A stretch of 39,258 nucleotides of DNA, from the NCBI GenBank assembly GCA_036404455.1, contig DASWZM010000126.1, positions 1 to 39,258 on the forward strand. Reading direction: 5' to 3'. The notes beneath the pieces are model-generated. The model saw nothing but the letters and a program-made list of their open reading frames with translations. It ran no database searches and had not been told where the DNA came from. The position numbers and the translations under genes are program-made. The DNA is from Terracidiphilus sp. (GTDB lineage Bacteria; Acidobacteriota; Terriglobia; Terriglobales; Acidobacteriaceae). This document shows positions 17,581 through 27,440 of this stretch, piece after piece (position 1 is the first letter of the stretch; each line of letters starts with the position of its first letter).

Positions 17581-18861
17581 ATGTCCGTGGGGGCAAAATC
17601 CGTGCCGGATCCCGCGCAGCCAACCACTGCCCCGGAGGCCGCCGCCATCCGCGAGCAGTTGGAGCGGCTGCTGGCTCACCCCCTTTTTTCCAACAGTAAG
17701 CGTTATCCTGTCCTGCTCGCCCACACCGTCGAGCAGACCCTCAAGGGCAACGCCGCCGAGCTCAAAGAGCGCAGCATCGGCATCGAAGTCTTTGGCCGCT
17801 CCCCCAGCTATGACGCCAATGCCGATCCCGTGGTCCGCATTACCGCCGGGGAGGTACGCAAGCGGTTGATGCAGTACTACTACGACTCCTCTCACGATGG
17901 GGAAATCGTCATCGAACTCCCCATTGGCTCCTATGTTCCCCTCTTTCATGTTCCTGAGCTGCCGCCGGAGCCGGAATTGCCTCCGCTCGCGCCTGAGTCG
18001 GCCGCGCTACCCGCTGTTCCGGCGTCCATACCCGCTGCGCCCCAATCCGTCCCCCGCCTTCGCTGGCTGCTTGTTGCGGTTCTGGTTGGGTTGGCCCTCG
18101 CTGCCGGCTTTGGAATCGGGTTGCGGTACCGCGAATTCCGGGACTTCCAGCCCCCGTCCTCCATCGACCGCTTCTGGGCGCCAATCACCGATGGCACCAC
18201 GACGGCCACCTACTGCCTGGGCGAGCCGGCCAGGAACATCGATGTCGGATCGATCAATTCCTTCGATGCTCCTGTCAGCGGACCCCAGCCGGAGCCGCTT
18301 TATTTCCGTCTGCACCTCTCCGGCCACCTGGCCCTGGCAGACGTGATTACGCTTACCCGCACCGCCGCTGCCCTGGAAACCCGGCACAAGGCTTTTCGCG
18401 TGCTTCCCGCCTCCGAGGCCAGCTTTGCACAACTCCGCGAGGGCCCCATTGTGCTGATTGGAGGCTTCGACAATATCTGGACGCTGCGCGTGACGCAGAA
18501 GCTGCGCTTCGGATTCGAATCCAAGAATGGAGTTGCCCTGATCGTCGACCGCAAGAGCCAGAAGGAGACCACCTGGGCAACCGCCTGGGACCTGCCCTAT
18601 CAAAAGCTCTCGCGCGATTATGCCATCGTGGCTCGCATCCACGACAGCACAACGGGACAGCCGGTGATCGTCGCCGCCGGAATCTCCGAAGAAGGGACGG
18701 AGGCCGCCGGTGAGATTCTCTATAACCCGGTCTATCTCGACTCGCTGCTGGCCAAGCTCCCGCCCAACTGGGAACAGTTGAATATGGAGGCCGTTATCGA
18801 GACACAGGTAATTGAGGGGCACCCGGGCCCGCCTAGCATTCTTGCTGTTGAGACTTGGTAG
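17581..18861 (+). CDS. Membrane-tethered putative one-component regulator (N-terminal wHTH-like domain, single TM helix, periplasmic domain)
   Basis: AIREQLERLL..PLFSNSKR...LKERSIGIEVFGR..YD...DPVVR...VRKRL..YY...IELPIGSYVP, a Pro-rich linker and a TM helix (WLLVAVLVGLALAAGFGIG). An AAGGAG RBS favours the ATG at 17581 over 17563. Confidence 0.75.
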   Translation: MSVGAKSVPDPAQPTTAPEAAAIREQLERLLAHPLFSNSKRYPVLLAHTVEQTLKGNAAELKERSIGIEVFGRSPSYDANADPVVRITAGEVRKRLMQYYYDSSHDGEIVIELPIGSYVPLFHVPELPPEPELPPLAPESAALPAVPASIPAAPQSVPRLRWLLVAVLVGLALAAGFGIGLRYREFRDFQPPSSIDRFWAPITDGTTTATYCLGEPARNIDVGSINSFDAPVSGPQPEPLYFRLHLSGHLALADVITLTRTAAALETRHKAFRVLPASEASFAQLREGPIVLIGGFDNIWTLRVTQKLRFGFESKNGVALIVDRKSQKETTWATAWDLPYQKLSRDYAIVARIHDSTTGQPVIVAAGISEEGTEAAGEILYNPVYLDSLLAKLPPNWEQLNMEAVIETQVIEGHPGPPSILAVETW

Positions 18862-18889
18862 AAGCCTTCCGCGCCATCCAGTCCGGATC

Positions 18890-19017
18890 TTATTGATCCG
18901 GCCCGAAAGGATGACACCACCACAAATCTGTCATCCTGAGCGCAGCGCGGCGGAGTCGAAGGACCTGCGGTTGTTTTTGCCTCTTTTCGGTTTCACTGTT
19001 TTGGGCCGGATCAATAA
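18890..19017. mobile_element. Non-autonomous MITE, IS630/Tc1-like TA-bounded ends, carrying an internal REP-like sequence
   Basis: Perfect 15-bp inverted ends TTATTGATCCGGCCC (18890-18904) / GGGCCGGATCAATAA (19003-19017), with TA at 18891-18892 and 19015-19016. Internal inverted repeat AGGATGACA/TGTCATCCT and repeat TGTCATCCTGAGCGCAGC...GAAGGACCTGC. Confidence 0.75.
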
Positions 19018-19338
19018 TTAAATCACTGGGGTTATGCGTAATTTCACACCGAGTTCCATTGAAGAGTGAACCTATGGACTGCCTTGCCTTGCCGCAAATC
19101 GATACGAATGCGTCCGCAGTCCGATTATCGAGGGCATGGGTTCCTGCATGCCTTGCACCTGGTCTCGACACAGCTCCAGCACGACCAGGTGGCGATGATT
19201 CGGTATCGCCATCCACCAATCCTGCCAACTTCCGCTGCTCAGAACGGCGGGCTCTTCTTTTTCGAGGAGCTATCGGCCCATCACTGAGCCGCCTTCTGCG
19301 CGTGTGAAAAAAAGCAGGCTGTTCGTTGCATACGCTTC

Positions 19339-19575
19339 CTATTTTGGCTTGTCCTTCTGTGCGGCCCACCGCTTGTGTTGCGCGTCGGCAATTCGTTTGC
19401 GCGCCTCGGGACTCAGCACGCGGCGCTTCCTTGTCTTGGCCTTGGCTGGAGCCTTCTTCGTTTTGGCCGAAGTTACCTTGGCGGCAATGGTGCCGGTGTT
19501 GGCCAGCAGGGTGCGTGCGTGCGTGAGCCTTGCGATCTCCGCGTCAATTTGGGCAAGAATGGAGTCAGTAGCCAT
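19339..19575 (-). CDS. Small basic protein (78 aa), possibly nucleic-acid binding
   Basis: N-terminal coiled coil ILAQIDAEIARL, a Lys/Ala-rich linker and C-terminal LSPEARKRIADAQHKRWA; a TATTCT box lies 6 nt before the ATG. Confidence 0.8.
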   Translation of the reverse strand: MATDSILAQIDAEIARLTHARTLLANTGTIAAKVTSAKTKKAPAKAKTRKRRVLSPEARKRIADAQHKRWAAQKDKPK

Positions 19576-19658
19576 AAGTCAAGAATAACTCAGAATTCCG
19601 CTCTTGCACAGGTTGGCGGGAGATTTCGCCAATTTACGCCTGCGTAATCCGCGACAGT

Positions 19659-21509
19659 TCATTCCGGCCTGCCTACGGTCTTCTCCTTGTAGGCCTTCTG
19701 CAGAATGAAAAACGCCTGCTTTTTCTGCCCTTGGTCGGAGATAAGTCCCTTGCGATTGAAACCATCCTGAGTGCCCGCCAGGTTCCGCGTCGGAGAACGG
19801 AAATCCATCAGAATCCACGGACTCATTCCTCTAAGTTGCGGGATCCGGTTTAGCATTCCGAGTTGATGCCGATAGATATTTGCCTGATATTCCTCGGTCC
19901 AGCGATCGTTGTCTCCGCCGTGCAGTCCCGCCTTCGCGCCGCCGCCGAATTCGCTCATAATCAGAGGCTTCTGGTAGTCGACGCGCCACTCGGTTGTGTC
20001 TGCGCCCTCTGGAGTCTGCTCATACCAGCCCACATACTCGTTGGTGCCGATCACATCCAATGCCTTTCCCAGCGGATCGTCGACTATCTTCGTATGTCCC
20101 TCGCTGCGCACCAGCAGCGCCGCTGTAATCAGCCGCGTAGAGTCGAGCTCCCGCGCATGATCGGCCAGGGTTTCGATAAAGCGTGTCCGCGCTTCGTTGT
20201 TCGGCGTCTCGTTGGCCATCGACCATAAAATGATCGCTGCGTGATTGCACGACGTTTCGATCTCCTCGTCCAATTGTTGCTCGGCTTTGGCCAGAACCTT
20301 GGGATTGTCGAACTGGATAGCCCAATACACCGGATTCTCCGACCACACTAGCAATCCCATCCGGTCGGCCGCCCGCAGCATAGTCTCATCATGCGGATAA
20401 TGCGCCAGGCGCACAAAGTTGGCTCCCAGTTCTTTGGCCCAGCCCAGCAGCGTCTCCGCATCCTTATCCGAGTAAGCGCGGCCGGTGCGGTAAGGGGCCT
20501 CGGCGTGGATGCATACGCCGCGCAGAAAGATAGGTGTTCCATTCAGCAATATTTCGGTGCCGCGGGTCTCCACGGTGCGAAAGCCGATCAGGTCCTCGAT
20601 TGCGTCCTGCCCCGCGCGTACCTGGACCTTGTAGAGCTTGGGCGTCTCCGGCGACCACCGCTCCAACTTCTGCACCGCCAGATGAATCCGAGCGCGCCCG
20701 TCCTCACCTGCAACGGCGGATGCCTTTGCGCCTAACTCCGGAATCTCCACCTCGACTTTTGTTCCCGGCTCGCCGCCTTCCACATGTACCCAGCCGTCGA
20801 TTTGTGAACCTTCCGCACGGCTCAGGTGCAGGTCATACTGATCGATGAAGACTTCCGGAACCTCGATCAGCGAAACGGCGCGAGTAAGACCGCCATAGTT
20901 CCACCAATCGGTCTTGAGCGTGGGAACGCCGTCCTCGTGGCGCGTGTTATCCACCGCGGCCACTACAAAGTTGCCGCCCGCATGAACCGCCGCCGTCACC
21001 TCGCAGTTGAAGCTCGTGAAGCCGCCCTCGTGTTCGCAGACCTTTTCCCCATTCACCCAGAAATAGGAGCGATAGTTAGCGGCGCCCACATGCAGAAAGA
21101 TGCGCGTATGTTCCTTGGGCTGATAGGTGAAGTCGCGCTCATACCACACCGGCCCCTCATAGTAGAAAAGCGAATCGCGCTGCGTGTTCCAGTCGCCAGG
21201 CACCTTGAGAGTCGGCGACTTGGCAAAGTCATACTCCACCGGCCTCGTATCGCCGGGTTGCTGCTTCTGGTTGCGGAAGTACGTGGAGAACCCATTCGAG
21301 TATGGATCGACGATCGTGGCCCAATCCCCATTCAGAGAGATGGCGGGTCGCCGGTCCGCGCCGGTAATTACAATCGGCGCGTGCGCCGGCGCTGTCTCAG
21401 CACCAATAGCATGGACCGCGAGAAGCGCCACCGTGATGGCAACCAGGACGCTCTTGCCGCGCATTACTGCGCTGGACCGTGGAAACGCGCAGGCAAACAA
21501 TGTCTTCAT
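19659..21509 (-). CDS. Glycoside hydrolase family 2, beta-glucuronidase-like, probably secreted
   Basis: Signal-like hydrophobic N-terminus, HEGGFT, DWWNYGG, RLAHYP, WSMANE (acid/base), MSEFG (nucleophile) and an NRKG motif as in GUS enzymes. Confidence 0.9.
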   Translation of the reverse strand: MKTLFACAFPRSSAVMRGKSVLVAITVALLAVHAIGAETAPAHAPIVITGADRRPAISLNGDWATIVDPYSNGFSTYFRNQKQQPGDTRPVEYDFAKSPTLKVPGDWNTQRDSLFYYEGPVWYERDFTYQPKEHTRIFLHVGAANYRSYFWVNGEKVCEHEGGFTSFNCEVTAAVHAGGNFVVAAVDNTRHEDGVPTLKTDWWNYGGLTRAVSLIEVPEVFIDQYDLHLSRAEGSQIDGWVHVEGGEPGTKVEVEIPELGAKASAVAGEDGRARIHLAVQKLERWSPETPKLYKVQVRAGQDAIEDLIGFRTVETRGTEILLNGTPIFLRGVCIHAEAPYRTGRAYSDKDAETLLGWAKELGANFVRLAHYPHDETMLRAADRMGLLVWSENPVYWAIQFDNPKVLAKAEQQLDEEIETSCNHAAIILWSMANETPNNEARTRFIETLADHARELDSTRLITAALLVRSEGHTKIVDDPLGKALDVIGTNEYVGWYEQTPEGADTTEWRVDYQKPLIMSEFGGGAKAGLHGGDNDRWTEEYQANIYRHQLGMLNRIPQLRGMSPWILMDFRSPTRNLAGTQDGFNRKGLISDQGQKKQAFFILQKAYKEKTVGRPE

Positions 21510-21651
21510 TCCAGACCCTCAACAATGTGCAATTGGATTCGAGCCATTGCCGCACTTCATCGCGGGCAAGCGGCTGCTCCAAGCGGACTCGCAATCTTAG
21601 CGCCAGGCAAGCCAGCCTGTACATCCCGAAATCGCTGCGTGAGAGCGGTTC

Positions 21652-21686
21652 AAACACAAAGGGGATAGACCTCGCGGCCTATCCCC
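21652..21686 (-). terminator. Intrinsic terminator of the 177-aa gene
   Basis: Minus strand GGGGATAGGCC-GCGA-GGTCTATCCCC (11-bp stem, GNRA loop) followed by TTTGTGTTT. Confidence 0.75.
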
Positions 21687-21722
21687 CAACTCTTGTGAAT
21701 GACTTCCAGTTCTACAGCTGGA

Positions 21723-22256
21723 TTACATTCCCAAATACTCCACATGCACATAGGTGCCGAGCCGCACGTTATAGGCCAGGTACCACCCGATGTGGTCGGG
21801 GTCCTCGTAGATCACGATCTGGTCGGAGTCCCACAACCATCCGTCACAAAACCCAATGTCAAACGCCGCCACGTCCCAGTACCACCCGTTGAACCAGAAC
21901 CGGCTGGGACCGCCGCCGCCAAGACGCCACATGTGTTCGCGACCAAAGCCGCCGCTGAATCGGCCATGCGCAAAGGGATGGTCCATATGATAGTTCGCGT
22001 CGTTGCGGCCCGTGTCATGACCTACCCAGGTCTTCCCATCCACGTGCGGGACATTGGGGTGGCCTGCCTTGTCGCTGTAGTTACGCTTGGGATCGGCCGC
22101 CTTCGGAGTGCCTGTGTACGCCTTGGGCCCGTGCGCTGGAACGGCTTGATGCCCTACCCCTGCGCCGTGGGAGTCCGCACCAGCTTCGTGGTGCTGGGCG
22201 AACGCTGGAACAGCAAGAACGAGCAAGGTAGCAAAAGCTAGCTGAATGGTTTTCAT
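21723..22256 (-). CDS. Hypothetical secreted His/Trp-rich protein
   Basis: Signal peptide MKTIQLAFATLLVLAVPAFA, GGAGG RBS, and an aromatic C-terminal domain ending VIYEDPDHIGWYLAYNVRLGTYVHVEYLG. Confidence 0.8.
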   Translation of the reverse strand: MKTIQLAFATLLVLAVPAFAQHHEAGADSHGAGVGHQAVPAHGPKAYTGTPKAADPKRNYSDKAGHPNVPHVDGKTWVGHDTGRNDANYHMDHPFAHGRFSGGFGREHMWRLGGGGPSRFWFNGWYWDVAAFDIGFCDGWLWDSDQIVIYEDPDHIGWYLAYNVRLGTYVHVEYLGM

Positions 22257-22435
22257 CGATTCCTCCGGATGCCCTCAGGGAGATTAGCTGTTCTTTGCTG
22301 CCCATCTCCCCGTGGCGTGTTTTCACCTACAACACTAAATGAGACACAATTCAGAAATGCAAGTTGCGTTTCAAAGAATCCGGCAGCCGCGTTCCAGACG
22401 CCATTCGGATGCCGGGACTCCCGATCGCCGCCGCT

Positions 22436-23716
22436 CTAAACCCCCACGGCAACCGGTGCGCGCCGCCACGCATACAGCGGGAACCGGTTGGCCAGTTCTG
22501 CCACCTCGCCGCGAATCCGTTCCAGAGCCGCATCGTCGCTGCGCTTGTCCAGGGCCTTCGCCATCCATACGGCAATCTGCCGCATCTCTGGCTCCTTCAT
22601 GCCGCGCGTGGTCAGCGCCGGCGTGCCCACGCGAATCCCCGACGCCTTGAGCGGCGGATTGGTGTCGTACGGGATCGTGTTCTTGTTCACCGTGATCCCG
22701 GCTTTGCCCAGCGCCAGCTCGGCCTCCGAGCCCAGAATGCCCTTCTCGAAAACGTCCACCAGCATCAGGTGGTTATCCGTCCCGCCGGAGACGATCCGGA
22801 AGCCGGCCTCCTGCAAAGCCGCGGCCAGTACCTTGGCGTTGGCCACAATCTGCGCCGCATAGGTGCGGAACTCCGGCCGCAGCGCCTCGCCAAAGGCCAC
22901 TGCCTTGGCGGCCACAATGTGCACCAGCGGACCGCCCTGCTGGCCTGGGAACACCGCCTTGTCCACCGCCGCGGCCAGTTCCTGCCCGCAAAGAATAAAT
23001 CCCGCGCGCGGGCCGCGCAGCGTCTTATGCGTTGTGCTGGTGGTGATCTGCGCGTGGGGCACGGGCGAAGGATGAACTCCGCCTGCCACCAGCCCCGCGA
23101 TGTGCGCCATATCGAAGATATAAACCGCCCCCACCTTGTCGGCAATCTCCCGCATCCGGGTAAAGTCCCAAAGCCGCGGATAGGCGCTGCCGCCGCCGAT
23201 GATCGCCTTCGGCTTCTCCCGCTCCGCAATCGCCTCCAGCTCGTCGTAGTCGATCAGCTCCGTGTCCCGCCGCACCTGGTAAAACGTGGGCCGGTAGAGC
23301 TTGCCGCTGAAACTCAGCCGATGTCCGTGGGTCAGGTGCCCGCCATGCGACAGATCCAGGCCCAGAATCGTGTCCCCAGGCTGCAGAACCGCCGCGTAGG
23401 CTGAGGCGTTGGCCTGCGAGCCCGAGTGCGGCTGCACGTTCACGTGCTCTCCGCCGAAGATCTGCTTAGCCCGGTCGCGGGCCAGGTTCTCCACCACGTC
23501 CGCATACTCGCAGCCGCCGTAGTAGCGCCGCCCAGGGTAGCCCTCGGCGTATTTGTTGGTAAAGATCGAGCCGGCCGCCTCCAGCACCGCCTCCGATACA
23601 AAGTTTTCGCTGGCAATCATCTCCAGCCCCTCGTGCTGGCGGAGGGTTTCATGGTCAACAGCAGCGGCCACATCGGGGTCGGCCTGGGCGAGGGTGAGAG
23701 AAATGCGGTCAGTCAT
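22436..23716 (-). CDS. glyA: Serine hydroxymethyltransferase
   Basis: [39 protein letters not shown] and [10 protein letters not shown] (PLP-binding Lys). Confidence 0.98.
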   Translation of the reverse strand: MTDRISLTLAQADPDVAAAVDHETLRQHEGLEMIASENFVSEAVLEAAGSIFTNKYAEGYPGRRYYGGCEYADVVENLARDRAKQIFGGEHVNVQPHSGSQANASAYAAVLQPGDTILGLDLSHGGHLTHGHRLSFSGKLYRPTFYQVRRDTELIDYDELEAIAEREKPKAIIGGGSAYPRLWDFTRMREIADKVGAVYIFDMAHIAGLVAGGVHPSPVPHAQITTSTTHKTLRGPRAGFILCGQELAAAVDKAVFPGQQGGPLVHIVAAKAVAFGEALRPEFRTYAAQIVANAKVLAAALQEAGFRIVSGGTDNHLMLVDVFEKGILGSEAELALGKAGITVNKNTIPYDTNPPLKASGIRVGTPALTTRGMKEPEMRQIAVWMAKALDKRSDDAALERIRGEVAELANRFPLYAWRRAPVAVGV

Positions 23717-23887
23717 ATAGGAATTCTAGCCCCTTTCACGCCTTCGTTCACCTCCGGAAATCAGCACTGGATTTCTCCCCTTTGGAACCAGCCTCGAATC
23801 AACTTCAGTCTCCGCAAGCCTCCCGCTCGTCCCTGGAGGATTAAACTTGTACTAGATCTCTGATCAACTGTTGTTGTGCCAAAAACT

Positions 23888-23947
23888 GGGTGCCCCACCC
23901 GGGTGCCCTTTGGGCAGCGCGTCACTGTTTTTGCGCCTAGGGTGGGA
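23888..23947. repeat. REP-like palindromic element with a nested mini-hairpin
   Basis: CCCACCC (23894-23900) / GGGTGGG (23940-23946) inverted repeat, internal TGCCC-TTT-GGGCA hairpin, and a duplicated GGGTGCCC (23888 and 23901). Confidence 0.55.
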
Positions 23948-24027
23948 TACCACAGCACTCCATCGCAAAGCACGAGATCACGCGGTCAGAGACCTAGCGA
24001 CGTTTTGGATCATCGATCGAGGCCCCT

Positions 24028-24639
24028 GTGAAATCCCCATGGAAGCAACTCGTCCTGCTACTGTTCTCTGCATTGGCGCTGATCCCGGCATTTGCGCAGA
24101 CACCCGCCCCTCAGACCGCGGGCGTCGATCCAGCCCTGGTCGCCAAAGCCAACGCCGGCGATGCTGCATCGCAAGTCCTGGTCGCAGACAGCTATGCGGC
24201 CGGCAAGGGAGTCGCGCGCGATTCCAAACAGTTAGCCGCGGATTACAAGCAGGCAGCCGCGTGGTACCGCGAGGCCGCCGACCAGGGTCACGCGGGAGCC
24301 CAGATTCACCTGGCAGAGTTCTTTCGCGACGGCATGGGCGTGGCCCGCGACATGGCGCAAGCGGCCGGGTGGTACCGCAAAGCGGCGGAACTTGGTGACG
24401 CCGGCGCGCAGGGCACTCTCGGCATACTTTACTCCATGGGTCAGGGCGTTCCTCATGACGATGTGGAAGCCTACTACTGGTTTGACTTGGCTGCTGCCGT
24501 GAAGGGACCGAGGCAGGAGCAGTACGCCGCCAACCGCCAGAACATTGGCGCCAGAATCACCGCCGATGAGCTCGCTCAGGTTCAGGAGCGGGTAGCCACG
24601 TGGCTGGCTGAGCATCCCCGTGCGGGTTCTACCGAGTGA
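24028..24639 (+). CDS. Secreted Sel1-repeat (TPR-like) protein
   Basis: Signal peptide, then Sel1 repeats such as AAAWYREAADQGHAGAQIHLAEFFRDGMGVARD and WYRKAAELGDAGAQGTLG; GTG start. Confidence 0.88.
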   Translation: MKSPWKQLVLLLFSALALIPAFAQTPAPQTAGVDPALVAKANAGDAASQVLVADSYAAGKGVARDSKQLAADYKQAAAWYREAADQGHAGAQIHLAEFFRDGMGVARDMAQAAGWYRKAAELGDAGAQGTLGILYSMGQGVPHDDVEAYYWFDLAAAVKGPRQEQYAANRQNIGARITADELAQVQERVATWLAEHPRAGSTE

Positions 24640-24679
24640 TTGGGCCCTCGGCCTGGCTGAGTTCGCTATTCTAGCCTGG

Positions 24680-25573
24680 ATGCGATTCTTCCGTTTGTTC
24701 CTGTCGTGCGCGCCCTTGGCTCTTGCCTCTCTGCTCGCACTCGCGCCTCGGCAGAACTTGGCTCAATCTGCTGCCATCACAATTACTCCTGCGCTGGTCG
24801 AATCCGGCTCGCCGGAACTGATCCGCGTCGACGCGGCGCCCACGGCAAGCATCGACGGCGAGTGGCTAGGACGCAAGCTCCTTTTCTTCCGCGGCCGCCG
24901 CCAGCAGGCCTGGTTCGCCCTGGCCGGCGTGGACGTGGAAACACCCGCCGGTCCCTCGCTGCTGAAGATCACAGTCCACTTGGCCGATGGCGGCCTTCAC
25001 GACCTGAGCCGCAGCATCGGAATCCATCCCGCCCATTACCGCACCGGCTCGCTCACCGTGGCCCCCAAATTCGTCGAACCTGGTCCCGAAGCGCTCAAGC
25101 AGATCGAGGCCGAAAGCCAGCTCAAAGCGAAGGTCTTTGCCGGCAGCGCCCCTGAACCCCTGTGGACGGCCCGCTTTCGCCCCCCGGTCACTGCTGCTCC
25201 GACCGACAGCTTCGGCACCCGCCGCATGTTCAACGGCAAGCTGGCCAGCATCCATAAAGGAATGGATTACCGCGCCGCGATGGGAACGGCGGTCCGTGCC
25301 GGCAACAGCGGTGTGGTGGTCCTCGCGCGCCCGCTCTACTACGAGGGCAACTGCGTCGTCATCGACCACGGCCTCGGCCTGTTCACGCTCTCCATGCACT
25401 TCAGCCGTATCGACGTGAAGGAGGGCCAGCGCGTGGCAGCGGGCGACCGCATTGGCCTCAGTGGCGCCACGGGCCGCGTCACCGGGCCCCACCTCCACTG
25501 GGCCGTCCGCTGGCAAGGCGCTTATCTGGACCCCGCGAAGCTTTTGAAACTGGACTTGAGCGCCGTCCGCTAG
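24680..25573 (+). CDS. M23 family metallopeptidase
   Basis: Signal peptide, HKGMD (HxxxD), GNCVVIDHG and TGPHLHW (HxH). Confidence 0.92.
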   Translation: MRFFRLFLSCAPLALASLLALAPRQNLAQSAAITITPALVESGSPELIRVDAAPTASIDGEWLGRKLLFFRGRRQQAWFALAGVDVETPAGPSLLKITVHLADGGLHDLSRSIGIHPAHYRTGSLTVAPKFVEPGPEALKQIEAESQLKAKVFAGSAPEPLWTARFRPPVTAAPTDSFGTRRMFNGKLASIHKGMDYRAAMGTAVRAGNSGVVVLARPLYYEGNCVVIDHGLGLFTLSMHFSRIDVKEGQRVAAGDRIGLSGATGRVTGPHLHWAVRWQGAYLDPAKLLKLDLSAVR

Positions 25574-26853
25574 CGGGAGACGGCTTCCTCTTCTACCTCG
25601 CGCCGAGGAATGGCAGAGGCTCTCAAACCGGCTGCCTTCTCTTCCCGCAGCGCCTTGAACGCCCGATAGACAAACCAGCCAAGATACCAGCCGTCGAGAA
25701 ACTTGTAGGGAGTCTCGCCCGTGGTGTAGTGGCCGCAAGGCAGCACCCGCGCCTCGAAGTCCAGACCATTGCGGCGGAAAGCCTCCACCACCTGCAGCGA
25801 GTACTCCTTGGGAAATGTCAGGTCGTAATCGGCGTAGACCAGCAGCACCTTTTTTTCAGGTCCGCCGGCTTCGGGACTGGCAAATTTGGGGTAATAGCTG
25901 CACGGGCTCACGGCCGACCACAGTGCCCGCACTCGGTCCTGGGTCAAGCCCGCCTCTTCCAGCGCCTGCTTTACGTGGCGCGTGCTTTGCCCGGCCCAGG
26001 TCACGTCGCCGAAGGCCGTCGAGGCATGGTTGAAGGCATTCACCCGGATGCGCGGATCGTGTGTGCTGGCCAGAAACGCATAACAGGAGCCCAGGCTGGT
26101 TCCCAGCACGCCGAAGTGCTCGTAGCCCTGCTCCTCCAGCCAATCCACGCAGCACCGGATATCGACCACCGCTTGCCTGCACGCAGCAATCGTCCGCCCG
26201 ATGTTGGCGCTCACAGAGTAGTCTGACCGCTCCAGCTCCGCCGGCCGCCGAATATCGTGGTAGGGCATCGAGAGCCGCAGCGCCGAAACCCCGAAGCGAT
26301 TGAAGATCGTGCACAGCGAGTTGTGACTGAAACCGTCTGAATTCCACTGCGGCAGCACTACAATGGCCTGCTTGGGCCGCTGAGGGTCTTTGTGTGGCGG
26401 CGCCGGGTACCAGCGCGCGTTCACCAGGTCGTTATCGACGTAAGGCGTCCGCTCCGGCGAGGTAAAGCGCAAAAACTGCGCAGTGGGGGTCTTCCCCTCT
26501 GTCGCCTGTTGCCGAAGCGCCGCATCCTGGGCCAGCGTCTCCGGCCGCACATTGGTTGGGAACAGTTGCGGATGCCGCTCTTCCAGCCGGAAATCCGTCG
26601 GCCGCTCGTACCCGAAGAACGTGTCGCTGTGGCGGATGAGCAGCTCGTTGATCCGCACCATCGCCGCTTCGGCCGCCGCATCATTGCGCATCACTTCCGG
26701 GCTCGGCAACGCTGCGCCGAAGCCGTGCGTCTCCAGAAAGGGCTCGATCCACTCGAAGCCCCACTCCAGCGGGCGAACCACGCGGTTCTCGTCGCGCATG
26801 GTCAGCCGCGTCTCCCACTCGTACATCCAGCGCGCATATCTTTCTTTGAGCAT
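25570..26853 (-). CDS. Alpha/beta hydrolase (ABHD18-like)
   Basis: Nucleophile elbow GVLGTSLG, candidate Asp in ADYD and His in PCGHY. Confidence 0.85.
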   Translation of the reverse strand: MLKERYARWMYEWETRLTMRDENRVVRPLEWGFEWIEPFLETHGFGAALPSPEVMRNDAAAEAAMVRINELLIRHSDTFFGYERPTDFRLEERHPQLFPTNVRPETLAQDAALRQQATEGKTPTAQFLRFTSPERTPYVDNDLVNARWYPAPPHKDPQRPKQAIVVLPQWNSDGFSHNSLCTIFNRFGVSALRLSMPYHDIRRPAELERSDYSVSANIGRTIAACRQAVVDIRCCVDWLEEQGYEHFGVLGTSLGSCYAFLASTHDPRIRVNAFNHASTAFGDVTWAGQSTRHVKQALEEAGLTQDRVRALWSAVSPCSYYPKFASPEAGGPEKKVLLVYADYDLTFPKEYSLQVVEAFRRNGLDFEARVLPCGHYTTGETPYKFLDGWYLGWFVYRAFKALREEKAAGLRASAIPRREVEEEAVSR

Positions 26854-26942
26854 GGTTTCAGTTCAATTTTATCAGTGCAGCGGGCAATCCATGATCCGCG
26901 GGGGATACCGCAGTGGTGTAGATCACAAATCCAATCTCGGCT

Positions 26943-27350
26943 CTACGCGCGCCGACGCGCCGACGGAGCCGTGAACGCCCACCAGAATGCGAGGACAGTC
27001 AGCAAAGTGACGATCCCCAGCGAAACGACGCAGTAAAGGCAATACACTTCCAGCACATACTTCTCGATGCGGGTGAGGTAAAGCGAGAATCCCAGCGCAG
27101 CGAAGGCCAAGCCGGCCAGCCACCGGCGTCGCCCCGCCAGCGCCAGCCCTGCCAGCGCAAGGTAGCCCGCGATGCCGATCGCCGCCACCGGAATGTGTGC
27201 GATCTCGGCAAACGGGCTGTGGTTCACGATGCCGCAGTCCCACTTCTCGTTGATAGAGCACGGCTCGGTTCCGGTCGAGTAGTGGACGCGCAGCGCCAGC
27301 GTGGCAACCAACGCGCCGGCAAGGGCCAGGAGTGCAATCGCGTATCGCAT
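26943..27350 (-). CDS. Vitamin K epoxide reductase (VKOR) family protein
   Basis: TM helices, loop Cys pair CSINEKWDC, and active-site CLYC; likely start MRYAIALL. Confidence 0.9.
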   Translation of the reverse strand: MRYAIALLALAGALVATLALRVHYSTGTEPCSINEKWDCGIVNHSPFAEIAHIPVAAIGIAGYLALAGLALAGRRRWLAGLAFAALGFSLYLTRIEKYVLEVYCLYCVVSLGIVTLLTVLAFWWAFTAPSARRRA

Positions 27351-27440
27351 CGTCGTGAGTCTGATGCTACCAGAGCCCCATGCCCTCCGGGCCAGTGCAG
27401 AATACGTGTGCAAGATATGGGTGCAGGGTACGATAGACAG

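Noticed and set aside
23717-23880. ZTP or THF riboswitch upstream of glyA
   Set aside because: No consensus elements are visible, and a -10 box directly precedes the ATG. A cmscan run would settle it.
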